From Promethearchaeota archaeon (GTDB lineage Archaea; Asgardarchaeota; Lokiarchaeia; Sigyniarchaeales; SOKP01), in contig RDOE01000004.1 in NCBI GenBank assembly GCA_011364975.1, positions 3,316 through 67,315 of the forward strand: a stretch of 64,000 nucleotides of DNA, given 5' to 3'. This document shows positions 58,454 through 64,000 of the stretch, one piece after another (position 1 is the stretch's first letter; every line of letters begins with the position of its first letter). The notes beneath the pieces are model-generated. The model worked only from the letters and a program-made list of their open reading frames with translations. It made no database searches and was not told the origin of the DNA. The translations under genes were made by a program, and so were the position numbers.

Positions 58454-59992
58454 ATGAAATTAAAAATTAAAAAAATTAGTTTTGAGTCTGGAAATATTAA
58501 AAATGTGATTATAAATAGTAAGGATGCTCATGAGCTAGGTCAGAAGGCTGGGGAAAGAGTAATTTTAAAAAATCCTCATTCTAAAACCATTGAAGATAAA
58601 TATTGGGTTTCGATTTTGCAGATAGATCATTCAAATTCCTTGGTTCAACCCGGAGAGATAGGAATATTTAAAGACATTTTTAACGATAAGAAATATTTGA
58701 AAGAAAATGTCATTCTTTCAATTAAACCAGCGGATCCTCCTGATTCTTTTAAATATATTCAAAGAAAAATCAAAGGGGGTAAACTTACCACAGAAGAAAT
58801 TAATAGTATTATTTCAGATGCAGTATCTGGCTCATTATCTCGTATAGATTTAGCAGCCTTTATTACAGCTGTTGCAATTAATGGCATGGATAATGAAGAA
58901 ATGACATCATTAACGTTATCAGAAGCTAGAAGTGGAGAGATCTTTGATTTTGGTCCAGAAGTTTACGATAAGCATTCAACTGGAGGAGTTCCTGGCAATA
59001 AAGTCTCATTACTTATTGTTCCTATAGTCGCAGCTGCAGGATTAACTATTCCAAAATCATCAACAAGGGCAATTACTTCACCCTCAGGAACAGCAGATTC
59101 AATGGAAGTACTTGCACCCATTGCATTCTCTCCTGAAGAGTTAAAAACTATCGTTTCAAAAGAAAAAGCATGTATCATTTGGGGAGGAGCACTAAACACA
59201 GCCCCTGCTGATAACATTTTAATTGAAATTGAACGTCCCTTGCATATGGATCCAATTGGATTAATGATTCCTTCTATACTAACTAAAAAATTAAGCTTAG
59301 GGGTGAAAAAACTAGTTCTCGACATTCCTGTTGGAGAAGGAACTAAGTTCCCCACTCCAGATAATGGAAAGCAATTTGCTTATCTATTTAAAGAGATTGC
59401 TAAAAATGTTGGTTTAGAGGTCGAATGTGCATTAACTTTAGCCCATCAACCCATCGGTCATGCGATTGGACCAGGTATAGAAGCAAAAGAAGCACTTAAT
59501 CTTTTAAAAGACTATTCTGCCGGTCCTAATTCCTTAATTGAGAAATCAACAGATTTAGCCGGTATATTATTGGAAATGGGTGGTAAAGCTCAAAAGGGAA
59601 AAGGACAATCCTTAGCAAAAGAAATATTAAAGTCTGGAAAAGCTTATAAAAAAATGCAAAGGATCATTGAAGCCCAAGGAGGTAATCCTGAGATTTCTCC
59701 TGAAGATATAAAATTAGGTCCTCATATTAAGGAATTCTATGCGTTAAAAGAAGGGCATATAACTCAAGTAAACAATGCTATAATCAATCAAATAGCTAAA
59801 GCTGCTGGGTGTCCCTTTTCTAAAAGTGCGGGAGTAGAGATTTTTAGGAAACAAGGCGCTCGGATTAAAGAAGGCGAGTTAATATTTAAAGTGTATTCTG
59901 AAAGTCAAAATAAGATTAAGAAAGCAGAAAAAATCTTTAATGCAACTGGCGGTCCTATAATTTTAGGGGGAATGATGATAGAGAGAATCTAA
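58454..59992 (+). CDS. deoA: AMP phosphorylase (archaeal long-form thymidine-phosphorylase family).
   Basis: 512 aa. N-terminal extension with MKLKIKKISFESG...NSKDAHELG, then DKHSTGGVPGNKVSL and TSPSGTADSMEVLA. Confidence 0.8.
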   Translation: MKLKIKKISFESGNIKNVIINSKDAHELGQKAGERVILKNPHSKTIEDKYWVSILQIDHSNSLVQPGEIGIFKDIFNDKKYLKENVILSIKPADPPDSFKYIQRKIKGGKLTTEEINSIISDAVSGSLSRIDLAAFITAVAINGMDNEEMTSLTLSEARSGEIFDFGPEVYDKHSTGGVPGNKVSLLIVPIVAAAGLTIPKSSTRAITSPSGTADSMEVLAPIAFSPEELKTIVSKEKACIIWGGALNTAPADNILIEIERPLHMDPIGLMIPSILTKKLSLGVKKLVLDIPVGEGTKFPTPDNGKQFAYLFKEIAKNVGLEVECALTLAHQPIGHAIGPGIEAKEALNLLKDYSAGPNSLIEKSTDLAGILLEMGGKAQKGKGQSLAKEILKSGKAYKKMQRIIEAQGGNPEISPEDIKLGPHIKEFYALKEGHITQVNNAIINQIAKAAGCPFSKSAGVEIFRKQGARIKEGELIFKVYSESQNKIKKAEKIFNATGGPIILGGMMIERI

Positions 59993-59999
59993 ATATATT

Positions 60000-61529
60000 A
60001 TGAATTACGAACCGAGAACTAGAGAAATGCCTTTAACTCCAGAAGCAATACTTAACGACTTTAAGAATAATGACTTAGATAAAACTTCTACTATTGATTT
60101 ATTAATTTCATTAATAGAAAATGCTGAAAATATTAAAACAAGACTTGAAAGCATAGAAGTTCTTGAAAAAGTTAACTTTAAGGACACAGTAATCTTTAAT
60201 ATTTTAGAAAATTTACTAATAGCTGATTCTAATGAAGATATTAGATGTCGTGCGGCTGAAGCTCTAAAAAGGCTCTTCCTTGACGATAGTATATCCCCTT
60301 TAAAATGGGCTCTTCAAAATGAGCGCTCTCTGAAATGTTGCCTTTGTATGTTAAATCTTCTTGGCGACTTAAGTTCGATTAAGGCAAGGAATATCTTAAT
60401 TAAAAAAATTCATGAAATTAAAAGGAAAAAATATAGATACAACATTCAAAGTCTTTTGAATGATTCTATTGTAAACAATCTTTCTAATAGCGAACTCTCT
60501 GAAATTCTCATCAATTTTTTTGTAATCTCTTTTCTAAAGGCAAAATTTGGTTACATCAGTTATGAGATAAATGAGAAAGGTTTAATTCAGAAATTAGATT
60601 TATCAAATATAGATTATCAAGGTTTAGGATTAAATCGCCTAGAAAAAGCATTAGAGTGTATTTTATCGCTGTCGTATTTAAAAGAGCTAGATCTAAGCAA
60701 TAACCACTTACAATTACTTCCTGATGGAATTATTAAATCAACCCACCTAGAAATATTAGATCTAAGTTTTAATAATTTGGCCAAACTACCAGAATCGATT
60801 TCTAATTTCAAAAAACTTAAAATATTAAATTTAAAATCTAATGGTTTAAAATTTTTACCTGATTCCCTGTCTAATCTTTCTTCGCTTGAAGTATTAATAT
60901 TGAGAGATAATAATCTATCTGAGTTACCTGTTTCACTTTGTTATTTAAAAAATCTTAAAGTATTAGATTTGCATCATAATGAATTAAAGCAAATTCCATA
61001 CGAGACTTATTGCCTTAAGAATCTAAAAGAACTTGAATTGGGCTGGAATGATCTGGATCAAATCCCTATATCTTTAGAAAAGCTTGATTCATTAGAAAAA
61101 TTGAACCTGGGTAGAAACTCTATAGAATCAATTCCAAAATGGATTGGAAATTTAAAATCTATTAAAGAGATTCACCTCTATGACAATCACATTTCAAGAT
61201 TGCCGGATAATGTGTGCTTACTTCATAATTTATTACATTTGAATTTAAGAAATAATAGATTCGATCAATTTCCTGATTGCTTGCGTTCGTTAACTTCATT
61301 AAAAATTCTAAATCTTAGTTGGAATAATTTAACCATTCTCCCACCATGGATTAATAACCTCATTAATTTAGAAGAATTAAATCTCTGGGGAAATAAAATT
61401 GATCTTATTCCCGATTCGATAGTTGATTTAAAACATATAAAAAGAATTTATTTAAATTTCAATAAGATCAAGCAAATGCCAAAAATATTAAAAGATCTTG
61501 AAGTAAATGGTGTAGTGATAACAATATAA
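60000..61529 (+). CDS. HEAT-repeat plus leucine-rich-repeat (LRR) protein.
   Basis: 509 aa. N-terminal HEAT-like DEDIRCRAAEALKRL. About 13 consecutive 23-aa LRRs of the form L-x-x-L-x-L-x-x-N-x-L-x-x-LP-x-x-I. Confidence 0.8.
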   Translation: MNYEPRTREMPLTPEAILNDFKNNDLDKTSTIDLLISLIENAENIKTRLESIEVLEKVNFKDTVIFNILENLLIADSNEDIRCRAAEALKRLFLDDSISPLKWALQNERSLKCCLCMLNLLGDLSSIKARNILIKKIHEIKRKKYRYNIQSLLNDSIVNNLSNSELSEILINFFVISFLKAKFGYISYEINEKGLIQKLDLSNIDYQGLGLNRLEKALECILSLSYLKELDLSNNHLQLLPDGIIKSTHLEILDLSFNNLAKLPESISNFKKLKILNLKSNGLKFLPDSLSNLSSLEVLILRDNNLSELPVSLCYLKNLKVLDLHHNELKQIPYETYCLKNLKELELGWNDLDQIPISLEKLDSLEKLNLGRNSIESIPKWIGNLKSIKEIHLYDNHISRLPDNVCLLHNLLHLNLRNNRFDQFPDCLRSLTSLKILNLSWNNLTILPPWINNLINLEELNLWGNKIDLIPDSIVDLKHIKRIYLNFNKIKQMPKILKDLEVNGVVITI

Positions 61530-61655
61530 AGATCGAAATTTTATCATATTTCAACGATGTTAACCAAAAACTAAACTTTTTTATCCTTTTTCAAAAATTT
61601 ATAAATAGAAAGAAATAAAAAAACCAAACAGCGAAGATGGGGATTATTTAACCTA

Positions 61656-61895
61656 ATGGAATCTGTTAATATTATTATTAATCAAAGTAATTGTACGGGC
61701 TGTAGGGTGTGTCAGTTAATATGCTCTTTCTTGTATCATAATGAGTTTAACCCGAGTAAAGCTAATATTCAAATTATTGAGGAGTATGAGTTGACTCCTA
61801 TCATTAAATTCATGACACAATGTAATCATTGTGGTCAATGTGCAAGAAATTGTCTCTATGATGCTTTAAAACTGGAGGTTGATGACACGAAATGA
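61656..61895 (+). CDS. Small 2x[4Fe-4S]-type ferredoxin-like protein coupled to an AOR-family gene.
   Basis: 79 aa. Motifs CTGCRVCQLICS and CNHCGQCARNC. Its stop overlaps the next gene's ATG (ATGA). Confidence 0.7.
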   Translation: MESVNIIINQSNCTGCRVCQLICSFLYHNEFNPSKANIQIIEEYELTPIIKFMTQCNHCGQCARNCLYDALKLEVDDTK

Positions 61896-63793
61896 ATTTT
61901 TTCGGATATACTGGAAATATATTAAACGTGGATTTAACGGCTAATCGGATTAGAATCATTAAAGAGAATATTGAAGATTTAAGAGATTTCATTGGGGGTT
62001 TTGGTATGAACTGTAAATTATTTGCAGAACTTTATCAACCAAATATAGATCCTTTTTCAACAGAAAATCCAATTATTTTTGGAACTGGGCCTTTAGTTGG
62101 TACGCTTACACCCGGGGCTTCTCGAACTGTCGCTATATCCAAATTTCCTGCTACTAACTCGATTGCTAATTCTTGTGGAAGCATGAGTTTCGGTTTTAAT
62201 CTTAAACAAGCAGGTTATGACCATCTATTGGTTCAAGGAAAATCCGAGGAACCATGTTACTTATATATTTTTAATAACCATATCGAATTGTGTAATGCTT
62301 CAAATATTTGGGGAAAAGATATTATTAAATCAACTGATATATTAAGAAAGCAATATGGTTCTGGTGGAATTATTGCCATTGGTCAAGCAGGGGAGAATTT
62401 AGTAAAATCCTCATTAACCTTAATAGATAAAACTTCTACATTAGGGAGAGGAGGTCTTGGGGCGTTAATGGGCTTTAAAAACTTAAAAGCAATATTTGTA
62501 AAAGGGACTCAAGGGCTTAGCATTGCTGAGCCTAAGACCTTTAATAAGTTATATTTAAAACTTAGAGAGAGAATAAAAAGGTATCCCCAGAGATCATCAT
62601 GGATAGAGCTTGGAATGTTAAGAAGCTTGCCCGTAGGGATGTTTTTACATGCAAAAGGAGAGAAGATAAAAGCTCGTCAATGTAGCGAGAAATTTTACTT
62701 AAAAAAAATGAAGAGGAGAAGGATAGCATGTCCCTCTTGTCCTATGGCAGATAAAGATATCCTTGATATTATGGAAACAGAAAATACTCACTTAATATGC
62801 TATACTTCTTCGGTAATAAATCCATTAATGATGTTTGGGATTAATGGATTAGATTCCTATGTTCAAACAATAAAATTATTTAATATCATAAACGGATATG
62901 GTTTAGATTCATTAACAATGACTTCCCTGTTTGAATTCATCAATAAGATGGTAGATCGTAAAGAGCTTGATCAAAAGGATATTGGTTTCAATTGGAAAGA
63001 AAATTTTGAATCTTATGAAAAGTTGCTTAACTTGGTTAAAGAGAGGAAAGGTTTTGGAGAAATTATTGCAGAAGGATGGGATAAATTAGCATCTCTTAAC
63101 AAAAATTTTTCCAAAATAATGACAACAGTAAAGGGATTAGATGTAGTGTTTGAACCAAGACTTTTAAAACTAGGCACTATGGAATTTGAGCAAATTGTAA
63201 ACCCTAAGGGAGCTCATGTTGCTTCAGGAGGCTCCCCCACTTATGTTGGAGCAGGTGGGTCACTTAATAAAATGCAAAGTCATTTTTATCGTATGGGAAT
63301 TCCAAAGATAGCACATAAAAGGTTATTTGTTCCTCCTAAGAAAGCGATGATAATAAACATCGGGAGAATGACTCGATATTCAGAAGATTGGTATACTATG
63401 TTAACTTCGTTGGGATTATGTGCTAGAGCGCAAATGAATCGATTTTATAATCATGAGTTAATTACTGACCTATATAATTCTATAACTGGTTTTAATCTAA
63501 CTAAGGAAGATTTACGTATAGCTGCAGAAAGATCATGGAATTTACTAAAACTATTAAATGTAAAAGAGGGTTTCTCCCGTAAAGATGATAAATATCCTGA
63601 AGAATGGTTTAATAATTTAAAATACGGTCAAAACGAGCTTAAACTTAAAGACTTTTATGGAACTACAGAAATTACTAAAAAAATTGCTGATCAGTTATTA
63701 GAGGATTACTATGATGAACGTGGATGGAATAAAGAGAACGGCACTCCCAATTATGAAAAAATTACTGAATTGGGGTTGGAAAAATTTCTTTAG
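61892..63793 (+). CDS. Aldehyde:ferredoxin oxidoreductase family protein, divergent second copy.
   Basis: 633 aa. N-terminus GYTGNILNVDLTANRI...FIGGFGMNCKLF, then IGQAGENLVKSS, and C-terminal YYDERGWNKENGTP. Confidence 0.8.
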   Translation: MNFFGYTGNILNVDLTANRIRIIKENIEDLRDFIGGFGMNCKLFAELYQPNIDPFSTENPIIFGTGPLVGTLTPGASRTVAISKFPATNSIANSCGSMSFGFNLKQAGYDHLLVQGKSEEPCYLYIFNNHIELCNASNIWGKDIIKSTDILRKQYGSGGIIAIGQAGENLVKSSLTLIDKTSTLGRGGLGALMGFKNLKAIFVKGTQGLSIAEPKTFNKLYLKLRERIKRYPQRSSWIELGMLRSLPVGMFLHAKGEKIKARQCSEKFYLKKMKRRRIACPSCPMADKDILDIMETENTHLICYTSSVINPLMMFGINGLDSYVQTIKLFNIINGYGLDSLTMTSLFEFINKMVDRKELDQKDIGFNWKENFESYEKLLNLVKERKGFGEIIAEGWDKLASLNKNFSKIMTTVKGLDVVFEPRLLKLGTMEFEQIVNPKGAHVASGGSPTYVGAGGSLNKMQSHFYRMGIPKIAHKRLFVPPKKAMIINIGRMTRYSEDWYTMLTSLGLCARAQMNRFYNHELITDLYNSITGFNLTKEDLRIAAERSWNLLKLLNVKEGFSRKDDKYPEEWFNNLKYGQNELKLKDFYGTTEITKKIADQLLEDYYDERGWNKENGTPNYEKITELGLEKFL

Positions 63794-63932
63794 GTTACAT
63801 AATTTAACGATATTTACTAGTCAAATTTTTGATTTATCTTTTATTACTTAGATTAACTGGCTAAATTAATTTGCAAATAGGAATTGATTATAATTTGAAA
63901 AAATTAGACAGAATATAGAGCTCTGAAGATTG

Positions 63933-64000
63933 ATGAATATATCTCCAAAGGATATTCTTAATCAATATAAGTTAAAAAAGTTAGATAAAGTATCTACAAT
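63933..64000 (+). CDS. 5' end of another HEAT/LRR-family paralog, truncated by the window edge.
   Basis: MNISPKDILNQYKLKKLDKVST resembles LTPEAILNDFKNNDLDKTST at the N-terminus of 60000..61529. Confidence 0.35.
   Translation, partial: MNISPKDILNQYKLKKLDKVST

Noticed and set aside
1-64000. A scan for tRNA, rRNA, CRISPR repeats, transposases, integrases and long direct or inverted repeats.
   Set aside because: By eye I found no T-arm-like GGTTCGAATCC-type motif, no regularly spaced repeats and no recombinase-like ORF. A manual scan can miss small RNAs, so tRNAscan, Infernal and a CRISPR finder should be run to confirm.

Overview
This is a densely coding, very AT-rich archaeal chromosomal segment with about 56 protein genes on both strands. 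I recognised no rRNA, tRNA, CRISPR array, transposase or integrase. Anaerobic redox and fermentative metabolism dominates: a four-subunit 2-oxoacid:ferredoxin oxidoreductase, two tungsten-type aldehyde:ferredoxin oxidoreductases, HdrA/MvhD, LutA/LutB-like proteins, flavodoxins, a GltD/SudA-like protein and Fe-S L-serine dehydratase. Housekeeping genes include hisS, pyrF, AMP phosphorylase and M24/M28 peptidases. Eukaryote-like genes are also present. They comprise a compact ubiquitin-type modifier operon (Cdc48-N-like/Zn-ribbon protein, E1-like, JAMM/MPN, Ub-like, E2-like), an EAP30 (ESCRT-II)-like winged-helix protein, HEAT+LRR proteins, a SNAP/TPR-like protein and a giant surface protein with a longin/roadblock-like cytoplasmic module. 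This mix and the composition point to an Asgard (Lokiarchaeia-like) archaeon, which is an inference.

Key observations:
- The ORF track breaks or misses an hdrA-vhuD operon. The operon reads through four in-frame TGA codons at conserved Cys positions (selenocysteine). A kink-turn-type SECIS-like hairpin follows in the 3' UTR.
- The ubiquitin-like operon starts with an orphan Cdc48/VAT N-domain protein.
- The catalytic Glu of the JAMM gene is encoded upstream of any canonical start codon. That stretch lies in frame with the E1 gene, behind a single TAA and an AGGTGG box.
- A module of ABC ATPase plus permease fused to a CPBP intramembrane protease is tandemly duplicated.
- One G+C-rich gene (DUF4256) looks like a bacterial import.

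All functional calls come from motif recognition by eye. No database search was run.
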